A DNA stretch of 40,735 bases from Cyanophora paradoxa CCMP329 (taxonomy: Eukaryota > Plantae > Glaucophyta), in NCBI GenBank assembly GCA_004431415.1, contig QPMI01000371.1:1-40735 (forward strand), written 5' to 3'. Below the pieces are notes generated by a model. The model searched no databases. It was not told the DNA's origin and saw nothing but the letters and a program-made list of their open reading frames with translations. Positions 12,677 through 23,038 of this stretch are shown in pieces. Within the stretch, counting starts at the first letter, position 1. Every line of letters starts with the position of its first letter. The translations under genes and the position numbers were made by a program.

Positions 12677-12738
12677 GGGCCCTTCTCTCCTGCGGGCAGC
12701 TTTCTCTTGCAGGGAAGCAGTTCTAGCAGCGCAGCATA

Positions 12739-15700
12739 ATGCATCGCGGTGGTCGCGGTGGCCAGACCGCGGGCGCGAAGCGCGGGCCGGAAGCAACGCC
12801 CGATATGCCGAAGAAGGCCCGGAGGGACGATGACGACGACCTGGAAATGATCGATGACTACTTAATGGATGAGGAGATGAACGCGTACGATGAGATGTGC
12901 ATGCCGCCGGAGTCCGACGATGTCGGCCAGGACGACAGCGCGGTCGCGTTCGACCGGGCGCTCCAGCGCCCGCCGCTGCGGCAGCTCGCTCCGCTGATGG
13001 ACAAAGTCGGTGCGCACGCCGTCTAGCGCTTCATTGGTGGGCGCTGAGCGCTCGCGGGCAGTGTTCCAGCAGACGGATGCCGACTTCTACGAGGAGGGTG
13101 CGGGGCCGGTGATTCGGCTGTACGGAGTCACGGCAGAGGGCAACACGGTGATGGTGCACGTGCATGGATTCCAGCCGTACTTCTACATCCAGGCGCCGCC
13201 GAACTGCCTGCCGAGCGATTGCGCGGCCATCAAGCAGACCTTGAACGTGCGCGTTATCGCCGCGCGCGGCCACGCCCTGCTCGCCGGCGGCGCTGATCGG
13301 GCTCGCGAGCAGAAGCGCGCGGGCGGCACGGTGGCGGACGTGTTCCTCGAGACGAAGCAGTCGATCCTCTACTACAGCGGATCGAACAGCAAGACCTCCT
13401 TCCTCCGGATCACGCTGAAGTCGCCCAAGGACATGAACAAGCTGGCAAATATCCTTTCGGCCGCTGTGTCTCTTTTTCGTGCGCGGTCTCGCCGCACGCC
13501 TTGACCCGGGGGCGCACGGGACCTGGAGAGCGGGCAGATCGACCTGGACGGGAACGGGCAGCGGTCGTTCCAGACGTACGAGCGGGACCTGGACTTCGTG
13601 CTGCGGTTCATGATCGAGGTGAAGCTGGTCGGCTGCAGCTGGGTCGAGCTCCCCGCCGGCAAGTGGAGCCTGCACAACGACCGCACCTCCCGCTCCCAGC
13701 TCGAGGTGCGCCCCCCGCGCCGCGCCGCTCCGGCTCGGTGCCTGAGCGGGGGGCCAGGCGGCGGTCAGCTACAAAGACGTGATCGCGCACCCGGCGGAGG
13801 GCGAGTGGTTGAAGATCGCGCCGCTGCGCATCCTCTCGTTCGATATCGAGTGCGCCGGCCGCAAGGGCATCTTCCCCGAGGCGAAGCACGACCCGATCAT
13901 CACCATCGGGTGCCACGTGAGCGTCTACGGGCAGCCCGACAAGCCCATCTCCCGCGCCGTCTTCAATCTCAAGTCCTGCGGGGAGATCAACGGCTGCAAG
14001 GTGCACTGCCCCGGCCCCGTCCTGGCCCCGCCCCCCGCCCTCCCCGACGCGGCCGGCGGCAGGTCGTGAGCACGAACGAGGAGGTCGAGCTGCTGCGGCA
14101 GTTCAAGAACTACCTCATCCAGGTCCCCTCTCTCGTCTCCTTTCCCTTTTCATTCCTTTTGCCGAGGGGCAGGCAGGTGGACCCGGACGTGATCACGGGG
14201 TACAACATCATCTGCTTCGACATCCCGTACGTGCTGGACCGGGCGGAGGCCCTTAAGGTCAACGACTTCCCCTTCCTCGGCCGCCTCCTCAAGTCCCGCG
14301 TCCGCCCCGCCCCGCCCCCCGCCCCGCCCCGCGCGCCCTCAAGCCCTCGCGCCGGGCAGACGCGGATGCGGGACACGAAGCTCTCGTCGAAGGCGTTCGG
14401 GACGCACGAGAGCAAGCAGATCAACACCGAGGGCCGCGTCATCGTCGACATGCTGCAGGCCCGCCCCCCCCCCGGGCCCGGGGCTCCCCGCCCCCCGCCG
14501 CCCCGGCGAGCCCTGCGCAGGTCGTGCAGCGGGACCACAAGCTGCGCTCCTACACCCTCAACAACGTCTCCCAGGAGTTCCTCAAGGAGACCAAGGAGGC
14601 CCGCCCCGCCCCCCCGCGCCCCCCGCCACCGGCCCCCGGCGGCGCGTGACGGGCGGGGCGCAGGACGTGCACCACAGCAAGATCTCGGACCTGCACGCGG
14701 CGTCGGAGGACGGGCGGCGGCGCATCGCCTCGTACTGCCTGAAGGACGCCTACCTCCCCCAGCGCCTCATGGACAAGCTCATGTCCCTCGTCAACTACAT
14801 CGAGATGGCCCGCGTCACGGGGTCCGCCCGGCCCCCCCGTGCCTCCGCCCCCCGACCGCCCTCACGCGGCTGCGCAGGGTGCCGCTGGGGTACCTGCTGC
14901 AGCGGGGCCACATGATCAAGGTCGTCTCGCAGCTGCACCGGAAGGCGCGGGACATGGACCTGCTGATCCCCGACATGCCGCGCACGGGGGCCGCCTCGGG
15001 CCCGCAGTACGAGGGCGCCATCGTGATCGACCCGAAGAAGGGCTTCTACGACTCCCCCATCGTCACCCTCGACTTCGCCTCCCTGTACCCCTCCATCATG
15101 ATGGCCCACAACCTCTGCTACTCCACCCTCGTCCCCAAGACCCGCCTCGACGCCCGCGGCGCCCCCGTCCCCCAGCTCAACCTCACCCCCGACCAGTACA
15201 CCAAGGCGCGCCCGCGGCCCTGGCCCACGGCCCCGCGCGCCCGCGGCCCTGGCCCACGGCCCCGCGCGCCCCGCCCGCCTGAATCCCCCGCAGACGCCGA
15301 ACGGGGACGTCTTCGTGAAGTCCGAAGTGCGGAGGGGCATCCTGCCCATCATCCTCGTGCGCCCGCCCCGCGCCGCCCCGCGCCGCCCCGCGCCGCGCCG
15401 GGACCCCGCGGGGCGCCGCTGAGGGGCGGGGCGGCAGGACGAGCTGCTGAAGGCGCGCAAGAAGGCGAAGGCGGACCTGAAGGAGGCGAAGGACCCGTTC
15501 CTGAAGGCCGTGCTGGACGGCCGCCAGCTCGCCCTCAAGGTCTCCGCCAACGCCGTCTACGGCTTCACCGGCGCCACCGTCGGCAAGCTCCCCTGCACGG
15601 AGATCGCCGGCAGCGTGACGGCCTTCGGGCGGACGATGATCGAGCGGACGCGCAACGCGGTGCAGGAGCGCTACACGGTGGCGAACGGCTACTCGGCCAA

Positions 15701-17200
15701 CGCGGACGTCGTGTACGGCGACACGGACTCGGTCATGATCAACTTCAACGTGCCGGCCGAGGGCGACGGCATGCAGCGCGTCTTCGAGCTCGGCCGCGAC
15801 GCCGCCAGGGTCCGCCCCGCCCCGCCCCTCGCCCCGCCGCCCCGCCCCGCCCCGCCGCTGAGTGCCGCGGGGCGCAGCACGTGACGGAGCAGTTCCCGAA
15901 CCCGGTGAAGCTGGAGTTCGAGAAGGTGCTCTTCCCGTACCTCCTCATCAACAAGAAGCGCTACGCCGGCCTCTACTGGACCCGCCCCGAGAAGTACGAC
16001 AAGATGGACGCCAAGGGTCCGCCCCCCCGCCCCGTCCCCCGCCCGCCGCCCGCGCGCCGCCCGACGCCAGACGCGGGGCAGGGATCGAGACGGCGCGGCG
16101 GGACAACTGCCGGCTGCTGGTGGAGGTGATGAACAGCTGCTTGCACCGGATCCTGGTGGAGCGGGACGTGCAGGGGGCCATCAACTACGTCAAGGCCATC
16201 GTCTCCGACCTCCTCCAGAACCGCATCGACCTCCAGATGGCCCGCCCCCGCCCCGCGGCCCCCGCCCCGCCCGCCCCTCACGCCCCGCGGCGCAGCTGGT
16301 GATCTCGAAGGAGATCACGCGGGCGGGGGACGACTACGACTCGAAGCAGGCGCACGTGATCCTCGCGGAGCGCATGCGCAAGCGCGACGCCGGCACGGCG
16401 CCCTCCATCGGCGACCGCGTCCCCTTCGTCTTCATCAAGGGCGCCGCCGTGCGCACCCCGCTCGACCCACCCCCACCTCCGCCCCCGCCCCCGCTGACGC
16501 GGGCGCAGGGCGCGAAGGCGTACGAGAAGGCGGAGGACCCGATCTACGTGCTCGAGAACAACCTGCCCCTCGTGCGCCCCGCCCCGCCCCGCCCCGCCCC
16601 GCCCCGCCGCCCTCGCGGCTGCCGACGGGGGCGGCAGGACACGGCGTACTACCTGGAGCACGTGCTGAAGCAGCCGATCATGCGCATCTTCGAGGCCATC
16701 CTCCCCGACCCCGCCGTCCTCTTCAGTCCGCCCCGCCCCCCGCAGCGCCCCGCCGCGGGACCCCCCCCACCGACCGCGCGGCGCAGCCGGGGAGCACACG
16801 AGGAAGATCGCCATCTCGACGCCGACGAACAGCGGCCTCATGAAGTTCGCGCAGAAGCAGGCGACGTGCCTCGGCTGCCGCGTGCCCCTCGGGCCCGGCA
16901 ACAACCGCGCCGTGTGCGCCCACTGCGTGCCGCGGGAGGCGGAGATCTACCAGGAGAAGCTCGGGGTGGTGACGCAGCGCGAGAAGCTCTTCAACCAGCT
17001 GTGGACGCAGTGCCAGCGCTGCCAGGGCTCCCTCCACCAGGACGTCCTCTGCACCAGGTGCCCCGCCCCGCCCCCCGCCCCGCCCCGCCCCGCCCGAGCC
17101 GGGGGGCGGCAGCCGGGACTGCCCGATCTTCTACATGCGGGTCAAGGTCCGCAAGGACGTCCAGGACGCCACCGAGGTCCTCCGCCGCTTCGATTTCTGA
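12739..17200 (+). CDS. POLD1: DNA polymerase delta catalytic subunit; 19 firm introns plus 1 candidate
   Basis: Complete spliced ORF with ExoI SFDIEC, Exo[10 protein letters not shown], Exo[50 protein letters not shown], CysA CLGC..CAHC, Cys[15 protein letters not shown]. Introns: 13010-13061, 13247-13312, 13449-13517, 13706-13757, 14001-14062, 14123-14176, 14300-14359, 14459-14520, 14599-14663, 14822-14877, 15206-15293, 15357-15437, 15810-15877, 16017-16081, 16240-16295, 16449-16508, 16572-16637, 16726-16786, 17058-17112. Confidence 0.97.
13449..13517 (+). other. U12-type (minor spliceosome) AT-AC intron in POLD1
   Basis: 5' end ATATCCTTT, branch site GCCTTGAC (13498-13505), 3' end CGCAC. 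Removal restores [13 protein letters not shown] in frame. Confidence 0.9.
15206..15263 (+). repeat. Perfect 29-nt tandem duplication at the 5' end of a POLD1 GC-AG intron
   Basis: GCGCGCCCGCGGCCCTGGCCCACGGCCCC at 15206-15234 and 15235-15263. Confidence 0.9.
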
Positions 17201-17827
17201 CCCCGGGGCCCGCCCCCCGGCCCCTCCCCTCCCCCACCCCGGCCCCTCCCCCCTCTGCCCCTCCCTTCGTCCGCCGCGCCCCGCCCTGGGCGCGTCGCTC
17301 CGGCCTCGGTCGCACTCGCCGTTGCCCGGTCGCGTTCCGTCTGTGACCGGCCCCCGCATCCCACTCCCGGCCCCGCCTATATGGCTACGCCCTTCTATGC
17401 CTTCCTTTCCACTCGTCCTTCAGCGCTTGCCCCTCCGCGTCTCGGGGCCCCGCTGGTGTGTTCTTATCATGTACTACGGTATCTACGCGTATTAGACGGA
17501 TCCGGACTTGCGTTGAGTGTTCGTTGGGGCCATCGCGGGCGTCAGGCGTGGGGGCGCGGCAGGGGCGGAAAAGGACGGGAGCGCCGGTGCATTTGATCGC
17601 AGCCACGGAGCTCAGCGCTAGCTATAGCGCTCTGCAGAACCTACACAGCATGCACAGGGAAAGGGGGCTCCAGAAGCTGCGCTGGGCTGGCGCTGGGCGG
17701 AAAGAGGCTGCGGCTGGCGACGGCTCTTGCTGCGCCCTTGCTGCGCGCTTGCTGTGGACCGGCTGGCGCATAATGATGCTTCGTTCTCGGGATCGGATGA
17801 GCGGTCGATGCGCCCCAAGGCAGCTGG

Positions 17828-18208
17828 CTACCCTTCTCGCCAGCGGAACTGGCACTTCTCGTTCGTACAGCGGAAGAAGAGCGTCGCCGGCTCGTCCGCG
17901 GAGCGGATCTGCAGTTGCATGAAGTACGCTTTCGGGTTGTTGCACTTTGGGCACTTGGCTGCGAGGCGCGGCGTGAGCGGGGGTCGCTGGCGGCCGCGAT
18001 CGTGCGCACCTTCCGTCTGATCCACGTTCTTCCAGGCCTCCTCGCCGCCGAGCACGTCGTCCACCTTCTTGCGCTTCAGCTGGACCTTCTTCACGACCTT
18101 GTCGACGACGTTGTAGATGTACGGGCAGGTCTGGCAGAAGAAGCGGAGCGTGTTGCCTCCCACTGTCTCCACGAAGAGGATGTTCGCGCACGTTGGGCAG
18201 AACAGCAT
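17828..18208 (-). CDS. POLR3K: RNA polymerase III subunit RPC10/C11
   Basis: MLFCPTCANIL..FFCQTCPY..LKRKKVDDVLGGEEAWKNVDQTE/AKCPKC..AYFMQLQIRSADEPATLFFRC..CQFRWRE. One in-frame 51-nt GT-AG intron at 17959-18009. Confidence 0.96.
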   Translation of the reverse strand: MLFCPTCANILFVETVGGNTLRFFCQTCPYIYNVVDKVVKKVQLKRKKVDDVLGGEEAWKNVDQTEGAHDRGRQRPPLTPRLAAKCPKCNNPKAYFMQLQIRSADEPATLFFRCTNEKCQFRWREG

Positions 18209-18442
18209 TTGTGGATTGTGCTGCTGCAAGCGCTTGTCCGCCCCGCGCTCGACGATGACTGTGGCGCCGGGCGAGGTTCTTGCGGGCGGCCAAGCAGAAT
18301 CGACAACAAGAGTGCTACGCGCTCGTCGACTCGTTGTCGAGTCGAGTTCTTAGTCCTAGCCGAGGGGGGTAGAGGAGGCGGCAGTCCAGTGCGCTGTAGC
18401 AGTCGGCAGGCGAGCCTCTGAGCCCGAAGCTCAGCACGCATC

Positions 18443-19379
18443 ATGGACGATCGCCGTCGAAACGAGGTCTCCGCATACTTCGCGGTCCTTCGGGCCTTCA
18501 ATCAGCAAGGCGAGTTGAGCAAGGACCGCGAGCGCATCCTCGGCGAGCTGAGGAGCATCCTTCACATATCGCCCGAGCGCGACTGGAGCCTTCGGAACGT
18601 CTGTGGGGTTCCGCCGCCCGCAGCCAGCGCCCACCAGTCCGCACCGCCCGCCCTCTGCTTGCCTTCTTTGATCCTTTTGCAGTGCTCCTGCACCCGCGTA
18701 TCAACCGGAGGTCGTGAAGCGAGAACCGGAATCCGCCAAGCCCCGCGCGGGTGGGCTTAACCGCGTAACGGCGCCACGCCCGCTGAAGCTCGTGCAGGCC
18801 CCCAGGGAGCCCCTCCGCTTGCAGCCCCGCCGCGAAGCAACCCGGCGCCGCCCCCTGCACCGGTGCCTCAAGCGTCTCCCCCATCTTCCCCGAGCTGACC
18901 GCACGCTCTTTGCCCCACACAGGCCTCGCTCGAGGAGTCGACGGTGCGCCGCCGACTCCTACCGGCGGCCCCTATAGCGCAGCGCCGCTCACTGCCCGAG
19001 CGCAGGAGGCTCTGCAGAGGCGCATGGAAGCGCTGGACAGGGAGCTCGCGCACGCGCGCGCACAGGGGAACACGGCACGCGCCCAGAACATCGTGAAGTG
19101 CCCGCTGCGGCGCCCCGCGCAGGCCGCGTGACCTGAGGGGCCCTGCAGCGAAGTGCAAGCGCTGCGGCAAAGGCTCACGGAGCGCCTCGCTTCGATGGAC
19201 GACGACTCGGACGAGGAAGACGACGAGGAGGAGGCCGGTGCGCCGCACGGCCGTCCCCCACACGCCGCGCGGGAGGCGAACGGGGCGCAGCGGCAGGGAC
19301 GCACGGGGGCCACAACGGGCCGCACGCGCAGGCGGCAGGGGACGACTCGGAGTCGAGCGAGGCGAACAGCGACGAGTGA
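18443..19379 (+). CDS. ENT (EMSY N-terminal) domain protein with coiled coil and acidic tail
   Basis: EVSAYFAVLRAFNQQGELSKDRERILGELRSILHISPE matches the ENT pattern (E..AY..VLRAF..Q..LS...E..L.ELR..L.IS). Spliced downstream exons end DDSESSEANSDE* at 19379. Confidence 0.78.
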
Positions 19380-19767
19380 CGCCCTGCGAGGCGCCCCGCG
19401 TGTCTGTCGGAACTTTCCGGAATTGCATATTAGCAGGATCTCTCGAGCTCGGGGCCCGCTGCTGGAGCGCTGTTGGGGCGAGCGGCTCTCTAACGAATTC
19501 GAAGGGCACGCCGTGACGCCGCACGCAGCGGGGCCGCTAAGGAACGTGGAATATAACCATATGCAGGAAGGCAGGGGTTGTGATTGGCTAAGTGTTGCCC
19601 AGCTTCAAAGATCAGAAAAGACGCTTGGTACTCACTTCGGATTCCCGCGGCCGGGCCAAAAAAAGGGCGCCCCTGGCAGGCTGGCACCACGGCATCGCGG
19701 ACTGCGTGTGGCTCTGTTCAAATGAATCGTGCATGGAGATCTACAGGAAAGGGGGCGGGGCGCCGCG

Positions 19768-20986
19768 CTATTCGTGGCTGGGGGTCTCGGGGCGGGAAGC
19801 TTCGGGGGAGAGGGCCTCGGTGGGGGAGAGGATGCTGGGGGTCGGCTCGGGCTGGAGGGCGTCGCCGGGCTCGAAGGCGGGGCGGGGCAGCTCCTCGCCC
19901 GAGGCCGCCTTGTCCTCCGCGATCGCCGGCATGGGCGGCGCGAAGCTCCACGTGCCGGGGTCCTTGCCCCCCGAGGGCGAGGGCGGGAAGGAGACGGGCG
20001 GGCTGAACGCGTTGGAGGCCTCGAGGGGGCGGGACGCCTCCCCGGTGGGGGGCCCCGCCTCGAGGTTCTGGGGCGAGGCCGGCCGCGTCGTCCACGCCGG
20101 CGTCTGGCTGCTGGAGGCGTGCGCCGGGGTCGGCGGGGCCGAGGTGTCGGGGGCCGAGTAGGGCGGGGAGAAGGGGTTCGCCCGCTCCACGAGGGCCCCC
20201 GCGCCGGTGGGGCCCGACTCGGCGTCGAGGCCGGCCGAGGCGGAGGTCCTCCGGTGCGTCGGCGAGGCCGCCTCCGTGCGCGGCGAGAGCGGCTCCATCC
20301 CCTCCGCATCCAGGTCCGGCGCCCGCTCCGTCTCCGGCCCGATGTCCTCGTGCTCCGACGCCCCCCGCTCCTCCTCGGGCGCCGCCGCCGCCGCCTTCCG
20401 CGCCGCCTCCTCCTCCTCCGCCCTCCTCGCCGCCTCCTCGGCCTTGCGCGCCGCCTCCTCCTCCTCGGCCCTCCTCGCGGCCTCCTCGGCGGCCTTGGCG
20501 GCGCGGGCGGCCTCGTCGGCGTCGGCGGCGGCCTTGGCGGCGAGCTGCTTGCGGGTGAGGTGGCCGCGGGCGAGGGCCTGGATCTTGGTGGCGGCCGCCG
20601 TCGCGTCGTACTTGACCCCCGCCTCGTCCTCCACGATCGCCTCCATCTTCTCGATCTCCCCCAGCACCTCCTCCGTCACCTCCTCCGCCGCCGCCGTCCG
20701 CGGCGTCGGGCCCCGCGGCACCTGCCCCGCCGACGACGGCCGCTCCCGCTGCCCGACCCTCCCGTCAGCGCCGAGCGGGCGGGGGGGCGGCGGGCGGGGC
20801 GGGGCGGGGCGCACGACGGAGGGCTCGGGGCTCGGGGGCGGGCTCAGCTCGGGCTCCCGCTCCTCCTGGGGCTCCTCCGCCAGGCGCTCCACCTCGCCCA
20901 TCTCCGGCGCCACGTCCTCCGCCGGCGGCGGCTCGACCTCCGGCTCCGGTTCCGGCTCCGGCTCGGGCTCGGGCTCGGGCTCCTTG

Positions 20987-21024
<38 letters not shown>

Positions 21025-22807
21025 CTTGGGCGGCTCGGGCTCGGGCTCGGCGGCCGGCTCCTCGGGCTTGGTCTCGGGCTCGAGCTCCGGGGGCGCGGGG
21101 CTCATCTCCTGGCGGCGGGAGAACATGGCGTCGGCCTTGCCGCCGGCCTTGGGGTCGTCCTCGAACTCGACCTCCCCGGGGGTCTTCGTCTCGCCCTCGC
21201 CCTCGGGGGCCAGCTCGGGCTCGGGCTCGGGCTCGGCGGGCAGCGGGGCGAGCTCGACGTCGCCGGTCGGCTGCGCGGGGGCGTCCTCGTCGATGCGCGC
21301 GGCGGCCTGGAGCTCCTCCTCGGCGAAGGTGCTGTCCTCGTCGCCCTCCCCGACGATGTCCGCCAGCTGGCCCTCCTCCGGCGGCGGCGGAAGGTCCCCC
21401 ACGTTCACCCCGCCCTCGCTCTGCGGCCTCCTCTCCCCGCCCGCCCCGCCCCGCGCCGCCCCCGCCGGGGCCGTCATCGGCGCCGCGTAGGGGTCGTAGA
21501 AGCGCGAGCCGAACTCGTCGGACTCGCGCATGGCGCCGACGGGGGCCGACGCCGGCGGCTGCCCGTACTCGTCGTACCCGCCGTCCTCCCGGTACTTCCG
21601 CAGGAACCGCGCGTGCGCCGCCGTGCTGCCCGCCCCGTCAGCCACGCCGGCGGCGGCTCGGGGCGGCGCGGGGCACCTCTTCGGGCGGGGGAACTGGGAG
21701 ATCATCTTGAGGTACTCCTCCGTCTGGGCCCGGTCGTTCTCCCAGTCGGCGTGGTTGTAGTAGGGCGGGCGGGCCTGGATGCGGCGCAGCAGGGCCTGGT
21801 TCTCCTGCGTGATCCGCATGAGCTCCCGCCTCCGGTGGTCCTTGTTCAGGCTCCGCGGCTCCACCGCGTAGCCGGCGTAGATCGTCTGCTCGCTGATGTC
21901 TGCGCCCCCGCCCCGCGTCACGGGCGAAAGGAAGGGAGGAGGAATCCGCGGCAAGCGGACGCACAGTTGTCGATCACAGGGACCTGGTGGCGGTTGAGCC
22001 GCAGGCCCGGCTTGTACTCCGTGGAGCGCATGCGCTCCCGCGGCGACGTCTGCATGATCCGGCTCATCTTCTCCAGCAGGATTGTGTTCTCCCGCTCAAT
22101 CTCCAGGAAGCGCTCTGCGCGAGGAGGCTCAATGACCGCGCGTGCCTTAGCGGTTCGGCCCCCCGGACCTTCTTCGAGCTGCGCCCGCTTCAGATTTCTC
22201 CGCAGATGGCTCATGCCTACTGTCCTGGGCTGGCTCGTGTCCATGTGCGGCGACGCATTTGTTCGCGACGTCGGCTTCATGTTCCTGAGAGGCCGGGGGT
22301 CAGCGCCCCGTCAGACACAAGGAAAGGGAGGGATGTGCACCGTATACGCTCCCTGTGCATGTCCTGAGAAAGGCGACATAGTCAGCGAACCGCAGCGTGG
22401 CGCCTTGGCGACCGCTCTAAGAACAGCTCCCAAAGATAGCGGCCGCACGGCACCCAACGGGGGGGACGGCTTCTCTGAGCGGCACTGATAGACACGCCTG
22501 ACCCCCTGCAGCCTAACAAGAGAGCCGGCCGCCCCGCCAGTTGTCACTAGCTAAAGGAGCCAGCGCGCTGGGAGCTAGAACGTGCCACGGGCGGCGCGGC
22601 GGACCTGCAGGTGCCGCTGCCATCTCTCGTCGCAGATCTTGTTTGGTACTGCGCAGGGAGAGGCGCCAGGTCAGCCGCGGAGAGCGGGCCGCGATCCGAC
22701 CAGCCGACCAGAACGGTCGGGTGTCGGAAGGGGGCGGCTAGGGGGCCACAAGATGCAAATTCTCGCAGCTGGAGGCAGCAGAACCCACCTGGTATCGCTC
22801 GGTACAT
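19768..22807 (-). CDS. CFAP97/hemingway (KIAA1430)-domain ciliary protein with IQ motif and Glu/Pro-rich tail
   Basis: Spliced MYRAIP/VPNKICDERWQRHLQ/DMHRERIR/NMKPT..HLRRNLKRAQLEE/ERFLEIERENTILLEKMSRI..SLNKDHRRRELMRITQENQALLRRIQARPPYYNHADWENDR. IQ motif AAATKIQALARGHLTRK; (EP)n repeats. Confidence 0.82.
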
Positions 22808-23038
22808 CGCTGCTGCTGTTCTTCTTCCACTCCCAAAATACGGGTCTGTGGGGGGGTTTATCGTCAGCCGGGTACAGATTGAGAGAGGTTCACGCTTGTT
22901 CGAGCGCTCGTGCGAGTCCAGCCGATGAGTCCAAATCGACAATAAGAAGCTACAGCGCACCGCAGCCCGGCGCCAGCGCCAGCGCCTCGAGAAGCTGCTC
23001 TGGTTCGGCCCGCCACGGCCAGCCGCTCTGCTGCCGTA

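Noticed and set aside
13010-17112. Introner-like mobile introns
   Set aside because: Introns share only low-complexity composition and end motifs; I found no pair with extended sequence identity or consistent target-site duplications.
12739-17200. Alternative genetic code or stop-codon readthrough
   Set aside because: POLD1, POLR3K and the EDEM catalytic domain translate cleanly with the standard code once introns are removed; TGA and TAG act as stops.
12739-18208. Enrichment of in-frame (3n) introns
   Set aside because: 7 of 19 POLD1 introns are 3n, close to the one-third expected.
19729-22488. Very long ORFs antisense or out of frame to real genes (e.g. 919 aa at 19729-22488, 992 aa at 36801-39779, 671 aa at 9995-12010)
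   Set aside because: They are shadow ORFs expected from extreme GC content and stop-codon scarcity; the translations are R/G/A/P low-complexity with no motifs.
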